Assembly (NCBI GenBank): GCA_907165135.1
Contig: OU015568.1
Span: 6,262,001-6,326,000, forward strand
DNA: 64,000 nt
Source of the DNA: Oikopleura dioica
Taxonomy: Eukaryota > Animalia > Chordata
Direction of reading: 5' to 3'
Part shown: positions 24,076-37,931 of the stretch, piece by piece
Numbering within the stretch: position 1 is the first letter of the stretch
Layout of the letters: each line of letters begins with the position of its first letter
Position numbers and translations under genes: made by a program
The notes under the pieces: generated by a model
Told to the model about the DNA's origin: nothing
Databases searched by the model: none
The model's input: the letters and a program-made list of their open reading frames with translations, nothing else

Positions 24076-25472
24076 TAAGAGACATCTCCTCAAACCATGA
24101 AAAAGAACCTTTTGACCGAGGAGAACCCGGTTCTCCCTAAAGTACTATTTTTGCCTTAGGCTCGTATTTTGCTGTTAGAAACTGTTTACAAAACTCGCGA
24201 TCCTCGAGAGAACGCTGCCCTTGAGTTTTGTTTCAACCAAAAACTTCTACTAAAAACTTGAATTAAGAACCCATCTGCATCTTCCAAAGTATCTACCAAG
24301 TTGGCACCAAGTCGTCGAGGAACTGGAGCGGCTTTCTGAGCGATTGAAGCGGACGAATCCAGGGATCGTTCCTGGACAGAAGACGGGACTGTACTATCCT
24401 TCATTTGCTTTCCCGCCGCATGTGGACTTTGAAGGCACTGGCTCAAAGTAGACGTTCAAATTCATTTCTACAAGTTCAAATGCATTCGTCCCTATATTCT
24501 ACTGTTCCGATTAATCACTACTAGGTTCTTGAAATTACATTTTTCTCGGGTCTGGACGTACTGAAACGTATCTTTCTCGAAATACTATCATCTACTCAAT
24601 TGAATAAACAAAGTGATATTTCTTAAAAAATAAAGATTGACGAAATTTTACTATTTATTGAAAAATCAGCAGTTGAAACACTTGATGGTTGAAGTTTGGG
24701 GCTGAATCTTGGCCATGTAGTTGAGAAACTCCCACTGTTCGAGGCTGCATCTTCCTTTGCATCGGAAGCTTTTGACTGTTCCCAGCTTTGGAGCTCCCCG
24801 GTGGCGCTTGAAAGTGAGGTGCTGGTCGAAGTTGATACCGAAGGAAGAGGAAAAGAAAGCGGCGATGAAGGTTTTTATTCTCATTTTATGGAGAGAGCTC
24901 GGTTTGGAGCTGGTTTTTATACGAATGATGATGGCGCTATGAGGAGCACTTACTTACGGTGCGAATTCATGCCCGACAGATGCTGGACGTCTTGATAGTT
25001 TCTCACTATGAATCATAAACGGTGATTACCATACATAAAAGAACTGATCGTATCACAATTGAGTATCTTTTATTTTGAATAATATACAAGAATATATAAA
25101 TTATATGCACCAACAGTTCTCCATCTCGAGATAAGTTTTTTCTTTCCGCCGCTGAGTTTTGAGTTGCTGTGTTTTGGTGATTTTTTGGTTTTTCTCCAAA
25201 GTTGAACTTTTTCTGAAACTTTTGAACTTTGTACCTTCATTTTTTCTCCATCTAAAATTTTTAATTAATTTTTAAAGCAGAACACGACGACTGACTCAGT
25301 TGTCTCGTCTCTTGTTAATATTTAGAATATCCTTTTTGGTGAATATTTTATGAGGCATATTATTTTGTGCATATTAAATATACAATAGGAAGTTGTCTTG
25401 TTCAAACATACCGTCTGGAAAAAGGCCCAGTGGCCATTGGATTTCTTTCGGATGGAAAATCGGTTTCATGAA

Positions 25473-28400
25473 CTAAGGGGCACTTCTAGACTGCAGTGGT
25501 TGTTGGCGGCGGAGGTGCTCGAACTCTCTTTCGTAACGGTGTGTAGACTTTGATTGGCAATTACAGGATTGGCGGAGGAGGAGGCGGCGGGACTGCTTGT
25601 TCCATTACCAGTACAGTAATCGAACTGCATCAGACAGAAAACCAAATCCGAGCTGAAAGCAAAAATTTGAAAAAATCAACAATTTCGAACCCTCAATATC
25701 AGATTTCAATTTTGCAAACGGCCTCTGTTAACCCTCTATCACCTCGTATATCTATTAACGACGGCAATAATCGATCCCTTAGGATCCTACCAGGAAGCCC
25801 CTGTATGCATGACTGTACCTGACAAGAGGAAAATCAGGTGTTGGGGCAGTAATGACATATCTTTTGAAGTAGGGTTGGCTACAGGCGACGAAACATCCCG
25901 GAATCTGAAAAATGGAATTGAATTACAATTAATTGATCGGCTGCAAATTGAATTGCAGAATCATTGCTTTACCTGTAGATTCCAAAGCAGAGCAAGTTGT
26001 ATTGCTGTAAGGCTTTAGTGAATAAGTCGCCATATCGACCGCCATCGCCGAGTTGGGCGAAGGGGCCGTCGAATAGCGCCAGCTGGGCAACTCGACAGCG
26101 ATCTCGGTTGGCCAGTGTTTGATCTAAATAATTATTCAAAATTGTTATCCAAGATCTGTCTAGAAATAGAAATACGCCCCTTGCATAAAAATATTATATA
26201 AAAAATGTGTCTCTCTGGCGATGAATAATTAAAATCGGGGTCAATCTCATGGAAACTGGCATAAAAATGACTTACCATTTGATGGACCGGGAAGGAGAAT
26301 CCCTCCTTCTGCCAGAATCTCTTCGAGATCATCAGTCGCGCCGCCCGTGATCATCGTGCGGATGAGGGTCAACGCGTCAGAGTTAAAATAAGTGGCTGAG
26401 ACGAGCGAGTCCAGGACAGAAATTGCGAAGGCTGTTCCACAGGCGAATGGTTGAGTCAGATAGAGCTCCGTTTCCGGGTCTAAAAATGGGTTACGAGTGG
26501 CTTTTTCGGTTTCCATACCATCGTCATCATCTTGGTCGAGAAATTGGACATTGGAGTCATTTACAAGCTCAGTTATCATGGGAATTGAATAGCCAGACAC
26601 AGCTCTCGTTCCAGGAAATCGCATCGACTGAAAAAATTACATTACTCAAGATATTCTAATGTCCATTAACCTTAATATTTAGTGACGTAAGGATGGATTC
26701 TCTATCCTGCAGCGACGGATCCTCCATCATCTGTCCGCCGGCAAAGTTGATAATGGTCGATCCGGTGTTGGAGTGAGAGCACAAAATGACACACATGTCG
26801 CACAGATTGACACCAACTGCTCTCAAGTCGGTTCTACTCAACGGCGAGCCAGGCAGAACCAGGAGCTTTGGAAAGCAGGTCAGCGTCTCCCACTCTTTCT
26901 GAATGTATTTGACGTCTCCAAGAAGCACGATCGTCTTGAGCTCGTGGTAGTGGAAGTTGGAGGCGCGGAGAGGCATGACGAAGTTGCGGAGGCCAAGTAA
27001 GGGAGTATCAGCACCAACACCTATTTTTCGAAGATGAATGAATGAATTGAGAATGTAAAGAGGATAGAGGATAGATTATAGACAAATGGTGAATATTCGA
27101 ATATGAAGGTAGAATCAATGGGGCATATAATCTAACGTACCCCCCCCCCTAGCTCGCTCACATTTTGTGAACATTTTTCCCTTTTTCGCTTAGTTAAACT
27201 CCAACAAGACCCCCCTTGGTCGCTCGCTTTTTGTTACCAAGATCCGTTGGTCGCTTTCCTTCTTTTGCATTCTACGACCCCTTGTTCGCCCTCCTTGGTT
27301 TCGACGGCGCACCTTTGCTCGCCCGCCTTTCTCCGTCATTTATCCCTTGTTCGCTCCTGAAGCCCCGCGAGAACGCTTTATAACGCGTAGCTCATTTTCT
27401 TTTTCACTTTTAAAAGGCTTTTTAACTCGTAGAATGGTCTCAAAATTCGATTTTCATGATTTTTTCCAAGCAAACTTATTTTTTTTTATGCTCTTTCACG
27501 TCCATTTTGACAAATTTTCATATCTTCTTAAGGGTACTACCTTCGATTTCCCCAACTTCAGCCTTGAATAACTTGAATAAGAAGAAATTTTGACACTCCA
27601 TTTTAAGTAAACATAAGTACTCGAAATACATGGATTGAAACTTTGAGACTGTTTTTATAAAAAATCAAATGCCATTTTCCTCGAGAGTTGCAAATTTTGA
27701 TTAATTTTTCCGAGCTGAGCTGAGCTGACCTGACCTGCGAAAAAATTTCTCTGAGCTGAGCTGAGCTGAGCTGGCCTTTTTCAGAGGTCATTGAGCTGAC
27801 CTTTTGTTTAAGAGAGTTGAGCTGAGCTGAGCGGACCCTAATTAGAGCTGAGCTGAGCTGTTTTTACTGTTTTTGGTAGTAAAATTGTATTCAAATCATT
27901 GAGCTGAGCTGAGCTTAGCTAAGTGATAATCGTCTGAGCTGAGCTGAGCTGAGCAGAACTTCTTGCTCGAAAATAATGGAGCTGAGTTGAGCTGAGCTGA
28001 GTGAAAATTGTCTTAGCTGTGCTGAGCAGATCAGATCATTTTCCAAAATCACTGAGCTGAGCGACTGCTCAGCTCACTCAGCTCAGCAAATTTGCAACTC
28101 TGGAACCAGTGTCAACATGAGGATTCGACTATTTTGAGTATAAATGTACATATAAAGTCAAACTATCAAGTTTACGGCATAATACAGCGTTGCTACAAGA
28201 TATAAAAATTTAACTGGACGCTTTAAAAAGAGGAAATGAAGTTTAGTTACTGTCAAAATATTCATGAAAATGAAAAATATAGTTCCCTATGAAAAGCTTG
28301 AGTCGAAAGTACAGTAAGAGCTGTAAGAGCGACCCAAGCCGAGCTAGGCTTTGGCGGTCTCGCGGCGAACAAGGGATAAATGGGTGAGGAGGAGCGAACA

Positions 28401-31400
28401 AGGGCGCGCGAGGTAAAAAGAAGGATGGCGACTAATGGAGCGCGCTGAAACAAGAATGAGAGCGAGCAAGGGGACTTTGATAAAATTTAACTAAGCGAGC
28501 AAGGGAAAAATGATCACAAAATGTGAGCGAGCTAGGGGGGGGGGGGGGGTACGTTATCATATGCCGCATATCGGATAAAGTATTTTGAGCGTTACATAAT
28601 GCTTGCAAAACAAGCTGACTCAGTAAATGATAAAAATAGACGAAGACAAAAGGTCAATTTCACGAACCTGGAAGACAAACAACAATGTGCCCCTGCAAGT
28701 TCAACTGGGCACACTGCTCCTTGGTGAGCGTCGATTCAGATAAACGCCTCGGCTTGGACCAATGAAACATGCCCGTCGAGTCGTAGCGCATGTCTTCTTT
28801 GGCAACTTCGTCGAACTGATGCTTGACGACTTTTGCTGAGTTGTTGCTGCTGGTGTTGAGTCCTCCATACGCGTTCAAATGCTTCGTCAAGCTGTTTGAG
28901 TTGGTGAGAGCAGGGCGAGGCACAGAGTTCGAGTTGACGTGGTTGACGAATTTGAAGCCGTCAGAACCGTCGCCAAGCTCGTGCTCAGAACTCTGCGCTT
29001 GAATCTAAAAAGATAAAGGATGATTTTAGGTCTTTTTTTTGGTCACATGACAAATTTAAATCTTTGAATAATGAATTATACTAATGGAAAAAATGACGTA
29101 ATAAACGATAACTTTGCTCATGAATTTTTCAAGCAAAGAAAGTAGGAAACTTTGTTACCTGATGATTATCCGTGTATGATCTGGCATTGACTTTGATGTT
29201 GTGCGGGCAGTTGCAACGGCGGATCTCTTCCAAATCCGTCACATCAATGTGACACCGTGCGCACCACACGTTCGCCCGTTTGACCTCTTTCGCGCTCTCC
29301 GCAACGAAGAATCCAAGACATCCGGGCTTGAGAGTAATCGCCGATCCTGGGTTGATCAGTAGTTGCTGCCCGCCGCCTGGCTTCGACACCTGAAACATTC
29401 CAAGCTCAATATTGACTCTCGTTTACGATCATTTTTTTTTGACGCGCTGTTTACGGTGCCGGATTTTGTGGGTAACCGCAGCAAGCTGGATCCAGTGGAT
29501 CTACTAACGAGCATCCGTCTAATTAATATTGATGATCGATCGGCGACACAAAAAAAAATAATGGAAAAAACATAATACGAAGAAACCACCACGGTTGTGG
29601 TAGCGCCGCAAACTTAATAATCCGCCTTGACAGGTTGAGTCAATTCAAGTTCAAGCAAAATTACTTTTGAAGATTTTTGCTGACTTTTCAATAAAGATAA
29701 GCGCCTGTCTAAGTGAATCAATGTAGGTCAAAAAAATTTGACCAAAAAATTGCCAAAAATTTTGTCCAAAATTAAAAAAAAAACTCCGGAATGAAAATTT
29801 ACCTGAACAGCAATGAGCAACAAATTCAACTTCTGGTAGCAAATTTCGCAGACTCTCGGAAAACTCAGCCCAGCGAACGAATAAGAAAGTTTTTCCGTGT
29901 ACATTTCTGCCCCGACTCCGGCCAAATAATGCTTCTGCCAGGAGTCTTCGTCAATTTCGATCGTCGATCGCATCGAAAATAAGTTCGCCATAAGAGAACT
30001 GAAGCCAGGAGCCAGGCAAGACTAAAGAAGAAAAATTAGTACGTCCCGACGTTCGTGTGGTAAAAAGAAACGATAAACGAGACCAAAGGAGTGATAATCG
30101 GCCACTTTTATGATTTAACGCGAGAGCTACTGGTAGTAATTTTTTGGCTTACCTGCGCGATGAAACCGAGCTTCAACTCGGCCAGGCAAATTACTGAGTC
30201 GCCCATTGCAGCCGACCAGGAAGGAATGTTGAGCAAATGAGCCTGAAGAAGAATTATCAGAGGATACCTAGTACATATGGATATGCATTTGCCGCGGGCA
30301 GACTGTGTCTACGACGATTAGACGAATAATCTGCTGGATTATTGAATGAAAAAGGGAAGGAAAAAAAGAAGGAAATCGACGTCTTTTCATCAATTCGGCG
30401 GCCGAGGACTGACGGGATTCATAAATTAAAAGTGTCTCGCACTTTCTTCGTCAAAAGAAATGATTCTGGGAGATCAAAGAGGGGGATTAAGGACGACTTA
30501 GTGATTTGTGGCAAAAGTTTGAAGTGTACCTTGTTGTGATGCGCAAGGACTTGAATAATTATTCGCGCGCGGGGTGAGTAGTTCTTGATCGAAATGACAC
30601 GCATGATGTTTGAAGCGTCTTCGATGTCCGCATCCTGACAGTATCTGAAAAGAAAATGGGGGTTACTTGGAAACAAAGAGGAAAAGGGGTTCATTTCGAA
30701 CAGTGACGTCGCCACTTACTTATTCGCCAGAATCACACACCCATCTGCTTCTTCCATCTTAACACGTGATAAATCGTTCGAATTGAGGACCGATCCTTCG
30801 AAGAATTCCACTTGTGTAAAGTGCCGTTTGAAAAGCGCTTCGAGCTCGAGATTCGGCGGTACCACATGAATGAAAACGACTTCTACATTGACATCGTCTC
30901 GATCTTTAGGAAACAGGGAAGAGATGGTCGAATTAGCGATTTTATACCTTTGTGAAGAAAGTCTTTCAAAAAGTACGAAACGGATTCGAGCGTAATGTGG
31001 CCACACACGATGAGATGCTTTCTTCCGGAAACGGAGGTATAACTGCCGCCGTACTTTTTGCGATTGCCCATAAGCTCGATGATTTCCGGCACATACGAGG
31101 CAAACATCGCCAGCCCACCGAAGATGAAAAACACCATGAAGAAACGGCCCAGCGTCGTCTACGAAATACCATCATTTTCCATAGTAATAATATTTACAAA
31201 ATCGTAAATTTGTCGAAAATATAAGTTATAGGCTATTAATCCGGATTACAAGATTTCAATCTTGGGAAGAGAAGCAATAACTTTCATTTATGAATTATAA
31301 ATGAAAAAAGAGACTTTCTACGGCTAGTGAACTTTATAAAAGCAGTCTTTTATAAGATCAGCTCTAAAAAAGACGTATTTTCTTGGGCAATTTAGTAATA

Positions 31401-33236
31401 TCTTCTTTCGTACCTTGGCGCAGATATCACCATAGCCGACAGTCGACATGGTGACCATCAATAAATAAACGCACTCCCAGTATGTTAGGCTGACAGAATT
31501 GGAAAAGTCTGCCCATGGGTCGCCCGTATTCTCGACCAAGTGGATGAAGCCGGCTCCAGTGAGCCAGATTGAAAGAAAAATCGACACCAGATTGACCAGT
31601 TTAATTGATTGCGACGTCTTGAGGATATTTACAAACTGCAGGATCTCGCTGAATTGCAGCAGCCGCAGTGCTCGGAGAAAACGCAGGCCAAGCCACGTGC
31701 GGTTCAGGTAGACAGAAACGAACACAGGTGGGACGGTGAAGAAGTCGACGATAGAATTGACCTCGAGCCAGAACCAGAGCTTAGTGCGGATTATGGTAAA
31801 TCAATCGAACCCTCCTTTCCTAAAAGATGGTCAACAGTCGGCTGTTCTTCTATTCTGGGCTCTGCAGCCTGCGTAGAAAACCTGAGTCAGGGTCTGAAAG
31901 ATCTGAAAAAGAGCTACAAAGATCTTTCAAACCCTGACTCAGGTTTTCTACTCAGGCTGCCGGGCCAAGCTTCTATCTTTCTATCAAATAATGATGATCA
32001 TCTGTGAATCCGTTCCTTGTCATTTGCCGCTATAAAACGAAGCCCAAAGTAGAGTAGAAAGAATATATTAAAAGCCATATCAATCTGTAGCGTCGTATCG
32101 GAGTAGAAGTTTTTACAAGTTTCGATCGGATCAGATGAGTCGATGAAGTAGATTACCAGAGCGCCGATACTGTTTTATGGTGATTTTGAGTGCCGCTCTT
32201 TATTTTCCAGATGGGAATTAAGTGCTTTCGATTAATTGAAAATTGGAAGAAAATCGAGAATCACCAGTTGCCTGAGCAGAAAGACCAGAACGACGAGAAT
32301 CCTGCCCGTAAGGGTTTGGGCGGAGATCATGACACCTGCCCAGTCCTTCACCGCTGTCATCCATCCCACCTCTGCCGCGTTGGCTTTTGACGCCGCTGCG
32401 TCCCCATTACGATCCTGAACACGCGCCACTCGTTAATATTCAGATGCGGATGTTATGCGTTACGCCGTTCCCGATTTTATTTTTCTTCTTTTTCAATGAC
32501 AAGCGTTTATGTTTTATATATTAGCCACGCGCGCATTTTTAACCCATTGCACATTAAAACCATTTTCTTGAACTTTAATTATAAGGAAAAGCCGCTTTGC
32601 GGCTTTGTTTTAAAAAACCAAAATATTGGTCGTAATGTAGAAATAGGTTAAAAATTTTAACCTATTTTAATTCAAGTGGAAAAAATAAAAGTTTCATGGC
32701 GAAACTATCTAACTCTCTTGATTCTCAACTCAAGAAAGAGAATAAATAATTCACATGTGCTCTCACCTTTTCGCCAAGTCGAGGAGGAATTGTCAATTGG
32801 CTTCGAGTGACGTTCTGGAGTCGATACGCCGCGCAGCACATGTAATTGAACGCGCGCTGAAACAGTCGGATTCGAAGTTGAATGAAATAAATCATGTTGA
32901 AATTGACCTTAGGAAACTATTGTTTTTATAGCATTAACTTTTAAGCGACTGCGAAAGGAAATTGAAGCTTCATAAAACCTTCAACTTTTTGACAAAAAGA
33001 AAATGATTAATGAACTCGTTATTTGCTAATTAGAATTTGTTGATTGTCGAATCCCATTCCCATAGTAAAATCAAGATCAGCCCGCCGACGAAAGTGACGA
33101 GCGAGCTGGCAAGGAATGCGTACCACATGCGCACATCTTCGCAATTTCTGATCTCCGGGTCAATTTTGATATATCTCTCATCTAAAAAAGCGCCGCCAAA
33201 GCCATTTAGGAAATAGTCCTCGGAAAAGTCCTCCAT
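25473..33236 (-). CDS. KCNMA1: Large-conductance Ca2+-activated K+ channel alpha subunit (BK, Slo1); 3' end approximate
   Basis: S0 [25 protein letters not shown]4 LRFLRALRL, pore TVGYGD, RCK1/RCK2 and Ca-bowl QFLDQDDDD...[11 protein letters not shown] across ~17 exons. Confidence 0.96.
27133..28556. mobile_element. 1.4-kb non-autonomous foldback element in a slo intron, with poly-C/poly-G-containing TIRs and subterminal CCCTTGTTCGC repeats
   Basis: TAACGTAC(C)nTAGCTCGCTCACATTTTGTGA... mirrored at 28490-28556. No internal ORF. Confidence 0.75.
27712..28087. repeat. Clustered (GAGCT)n pentamer arrays
   Basis: Many runs of GAGCTGAGCTGAGCTG, with an inverted run at 28066-28087. Confidence 0.9.
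31864..31960. mobile_element. MITE family A, short copy without hairpin modules
   Basis: Same TIR; intronic in slo. Confidence 0.8.
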
Positions 33237-33839
33237 CCTCTCTTTTTTCTCTCATCCGATCTCCATTCCTAATCTCATAAAAAAAGGTTGAAAAGAAGAA
33301 AGTCGCGATTTTCTCGAAAATTCGGGAAAAAAAAAGTTGTCTTCCTTGATTTTTTGATTTCCGCGTCTGGCAGGGGGGACCGCGCAGAATACGTTTCAGG
33401 TTTGCTCCGTTTTGCCGTTTTGGAATTTTACGACCGCGAAAAAGAAAGGAAGCCTGACACTCTTTCTCTGGCTTTTGCTTATCAAGCGCGTCTGGAGAGA
33501 CGGAGATTTAAGTTAATTGATTCTAGTTGGTCATTTGAAGATGAAAGTTTCTGACAATTTTATTTCGCGAGGAAGGGAGTAGTCGGCAATTAAACTATAT
33601 TTTACTTCTGAACTATCGCCGCCACGGCCGTGCGGAATTTTATGAGCGACTGCAGATCCTTCCTGACACGGGAATTAGGGCGCTTTAGTCCAGTGAGGAA
33701 ATTTTACGACAGTTTTATGATGCTCTCAGCACATTTTTTTTCAGGAAGGGATTAAAGTTGCCATCAACTGTCAGGTAGTCTAAGATTCAAGGAAAATAGT
33801 AATTTTGGGGACCCCAATTTCTGATCAATAATTTTCGTT

Positions 33840-34016
33840 AGAATTCCGATTCAGCTGAAGTAAAATAACAGCTGAAAATCGAGAAGCCGCTTGCGGCTTC
33901 GAGTAACAAAAAGATTAAGCCGCGCGAAGCGCGGCTTTTCCATCTTCGTTTGCTCGAAGCCGCAAGCGGCTTCTCGATTTTCAGCTGTAATTTTACTTCA
34001 GCTGAATCGGAATTCT
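33840..34016. mobile_element. Palindromic element family B (arms contain AAAATCGAGAAGCCGCTTGCGGCTTCGAG)
   Basis: Near-perfect ~65-bp inverted arms with a central AAGCCGCG-CGAAG-CGCGGCTT hairpin. Confidence 0.75.
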
Positions 34017-34217
34017 GGCGAAAATTTGTCAGTCAGAAATCAAAATAGCTGTACAGCTATTTTCGCTATAAGAAGATGATATTATGTAGATATTTCCTTG
34101 TGACCCTTGCTTATTAGCTGAACAGATGTTCCACTTTTGATAGTACAATAATGAACTTTTGTAATAAAAGGATCTGTGTTAATAATAATATAGACTGTAC
34201 TTGGTATTCCATTGAGC

Positions 34218-34336
34218 CAGGCATATAAATTCGCTTGGCGATTTTCGCCGAAAGCGAAAGCGAAGCGAAAGCGAATCGAAAATTTCGCTTTCGCCCCCCG
34301 TTCGCTTTGGGTTTTCGAACGAAATTTATATGCCTG
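34218..34336. mobile_element. hAT-like MITE (119 bp) with internal GCGAAA repeats
   Basis: TIR CAGGCATATAAATT and 8-bp TSD CATTGAGC on both sides. Confidence 0.85.
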
Positions 34337-35820
34337 CATTGAGCCTTAAGCCAGTAACTCGTTTGTTTTCGCCTGAGGCAGGGCAATTATTGCCCGCAGG
34401 CATATGGCCTAGGGCGGATTACGACGCGATGAGAGGAAGGGCATTACTTTCGAGCAAGGATTTAGATATGGATTGAGCCCGGGTCCTGTGAGAGTCGTTT
34501 TCCTGGATGATCCCCTGGTTGGCAGTGCTGTACTCGTTGCAACATGTGCACTCGGTGTTCATTTGGTGAGCGAAGTTCTTCGGGTCTCAGAAGTTCTCTT
34601 TGCGAGTCCTCTTTCGCCTTCTGACCATAATTTGGATTGACTGCCCAATCGTCCTCCCAGCTGCAATAAACAACGCCGATAAACCGATAAAACACCAGTC
34701 TAGGACAATTACAATATTACACCTTCAAATTCGAATCGAAAAGAAATGCCAATCGAGCGGAAAAAAGGAACCAAGGTGCCAGCTTTCCAAAAATAAAATT
34801 GCTATTTTTGCAATAAAAAATACAAAAGGTTTTTCATTTCGACTATTTAATTATTAGTTTTGACGCTGAGACACATCCTTAGAGTATTAATTTTATAGCG
34901 CAAAACCACAATCATGAATTATCGCGGGAATATACGATCTCATAATTTTTATTAAACAATAAATGATTCATGAAAATGCTCCTTTGGCAGAAATTATCAG
35001 AAAAGAGGTCAAAAAGCGCCTATTTTACCTAAAGGGTTAATTTTTCACAAAAATATTCTTAGTTTTTCTCAAAATTCGCTTCAAAATCCGATTTTATCTT
35101 AAAAACACAAATTTTTACTCATTTTAGCTCGATTTGAGCCCTCTTATTATTTCCGCAACTTAATTTTGGGACCTGGCTATTTTTCAGTTCTGTTCATTTT
35201 TTCTTCCTTGATTTCAATCCTTGATCTCTCTCTCTCTTTTTCTCTTTCTCAGTTTGAAATTCTTCGAATTTGAGAGCGGATGGGCGGTCGTCTTCGCGGC
35301 ACAATCAAGTGCAAGTTCTCTTGCTGAAAAATTGACATTTTGGGCGAGAATTCGGAATCGGATCGGTGAGCTTCTGTGATACAAGTAGGTGACCGTTGAA
35401 AAAATGAATAATTTATTAAAAATTATCGACTACGTCCCAGCCCCTGCGAAGCTCTCGGCCGCCGCCGAGCGGTGTGCGTGCCCTAATCGATCAGAGTCTG
35501 AATCCTCTCTCTCTTTACTGATTTTCTACAGTCGAAAAGCTGCTTCGTAAAGTAACAAAATTTATAGATTCTCTGTTTTCGAAAAAACGGGGCTAAAAAC
35601 GTGAAGCTTATCCAGCGCGTTAGGAAAAAGGGCGTCAATCCCCCATCACTCGCCCGCGGCTGCCTCTCGAAATGCTCTATCCATCTGTCCATCTAGGTGC
35701 CCAATGACCACAAGTATGGATATGAGGCCATTTGCATCACAGATTTAGGAATTCCATGACGATTTTCTTCCTTGATTTCTCAATCGAAAGAGGGGATTCG
35801 ACGAGAAAATTAAAATATCG

Positions 35821-37190
35821 GTCCAAAATTGTCGGTGAAAATTATAAAATATAGCCCAAGATTGTCGACTTTTCAAAGTATTTTGGATTACATGAGGGCT
35901 CGGCACGAAAATCTGCGAATAAAACCTGAGTCAGGGTCCTAAATGACACCTTATAAAAAGCCGCGCGCGGCTTATTTAAGAACGAAGCCGCGAAGCGGCT
36001 TTGCGCAAATTTCGCGGCTTCGTTTAAAAGCCGCAACGCGCTTTTCTTTGAGATCTTTTTGAACCCTGACTCAGGTTTTCTACGCAGGCTCTGGCTAAGG
36101 TCTAGCTAAGGGTAAGGGTCTGGTTGCTTGGAAATTTGATTGGCTTGTTGTAATGAAGCGAATATCTGATAGGATGCGGAAATTGAAAGTAAGTGCTGAC
36201 AGGGTGGTTACTCAAGTACAGTAAGCTAACGCGTAAAATGTTGGATAGCGATTCGAAAATTGATCGAGAGACGACAGGCGCTTAGCGCCAGAATTGGGAC
36301 ACGGCTTGGCAAAAATTAATTCAAGTACGGGATAAATAACAAAGTAGACTTGATGTTTTTGAATTCTGCTTAATTTATGAAAAATCAAGCGACAGCAAAA
36401 ATAAACAAGCAACTTAGCCTGAATTTTTAATTCAATCTTCTCGAGGACAAAAAAGACGAAAAGAAGATTCGCAGACCATTAGTGACCATCATCCATATTC
36501 CGAGTCTTTTGGAACGAGTCCCTTGGGATTTGATTCCGAAATGAATAGACTCGATTTGAATTGATAATCAAATCAAAAAGCCTTTCTTGGTATTTCTATT
36601 ATCATATCAATAATCTACAATTATGCTCGCAAGAGTTTGGACTTAAGGGTATCCTACCGTTAAACAAGGGATCCATATTTTTCCAACAGTATTTTGTCAA
36701 TTTGAAAGAGACTGTAAATCTAAAGAAATCTGTGATGTTTTCTTTCTCCAAAATAAGTTGTTTTCTGATCGGTCTGTAACTGACAGTACTGCCCCACATG
36801 AGTTACTGAGTTACGTTAATCACTAGATTAATCGATCACCCGTCTGATCGAGCGACGCGTTGCAAGATCTTACTGTCAGGAAAAAGACAGTAGAGTATTC
36901 AGGAGCTACTGCATTTGCATGTCTGATTTGCGACAAATCACTGTATTGTTCTCGTCTGAGAGAATCTTCCTCTGAATACCCAACCAGCTCATTCATTCAT
37001 TTAAATTTGAACGAACTTAATTACAGTCGGCATACAAACAAAGACGGAGGAAAATAACTGTAATTATTGACTGTTCTAAAATGGCTTACTGAGCCACTTT
37101 TTTCCCAGGTTTTTTGAGCTTTTCGGCTATTTAAAAATTGACAATCTTGGGCGATTTTTTCGAAATTTTACCGACAATCTTGGACCGAAA
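35821..37190. repeat. Degenerate ~55-bp inverted repeat pair 1.3 kb apart (possible old DNA transposon)
   Basis: 35821-35875 is the approximate reverse complement of 37130-37190 (GACAATCTTGGGC...ACCGACAATYTTGGAC). Confidence 0.45.
35914..36090. mobile_element. MITE family A with about four hairpin modules
   Basis: AAAACCTGAGTCAGGG / CCCTGACTCAGGTTTT termini and internal AAGCCGC...GCGGCTT units. Confidence 0.8.
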
Positions 37191-37931
37191 AAAAAGTTCG
37201 AAATTTAACCCATATTGACTAAAAAACCATTTTCGGACAATTATTTTCATCCTTTTCGCTTTTTTTTCTTTTGCGGAAGCAACAATTTGTAATTCCATTT
37301 TTTCTCTTGAGAAAAAAAAGTAAAATGATTCAGTTTATCGATCAATCCAGCGCGCGAGGAGAGAGTCGAACCCGAGCGCGCTCCGCCCTCCCTTGAGCTG
37401 CATAAAAATTCAATTAATTTTATATTAATACACTCTTATTAAGAAAATTATTAATCAGCTGTCTTTTTTGCCACTCTCAAAGTTCGAACTTCGAATCAAG
37501 TGTCAAAATCAAAATCGTTTTTGGCAAAAATAAAAAAAAATGTCACGTGACAAGCTGAGCCGGGGATGAACTCGTCAACGTCGACAGAAATCGACGTATT
37601 TTATAGCTGTTTATACTCGGATATAATTTGACGTACGCAGCTAATCCCGTTTTTCGTCCAAAATGGAGCATTGAAGATAATTTTTCCTGGCTATTTTTGA
37701 AGAAAAGGGATGTTTACTAGGGCGGGCGTGTACTGTCTATAAAGTATTGGACTTGTACGATTGTAGCCGTTTGAGGAGTACATTGAACCGATAATTGCAT
37801 GAATAATGAAGTATCTAAAAATGAACTTGAGCATCTTTCTCTTTTTTTTCCTTTAATTTATTCATTGCTGCCAACAATAATTGTAAAGATCATCATCAAA
37901 ATGAATGAGTTTATTTTCAATAGTAGTAGTT

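Noticed and set aside
24186-24995. Exon-like Ser-rich frames between KLF and slo
   Set aside because: They could be alternative slo 3' exons or another gene, but strand and splicing could not be fixed.
27712-28087. Resemblance of the GAGCT arrays to immunoglobulin switch-mu repeats, or to a CRISPR array
   Set aside because: No Ig locus context and no unique spacers. It is a simple pentamer satellite inside a foldback element.
36860-37057. TAFACLICDKSLYC resembling a piggyBac C-terminal cysteine-rich domain
   Set aside because: Too short, no DDD core nearby, and no correctly oriented TTAA-CCC/GGG-TTAA ends.
37347-37384. B-box-like GGTTCGACTC within a GC hairpin (minus strand)
   Set aside because: No A box or tRNA fold. 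At most an isolated TFIIIC-like site, which cannot be supported.
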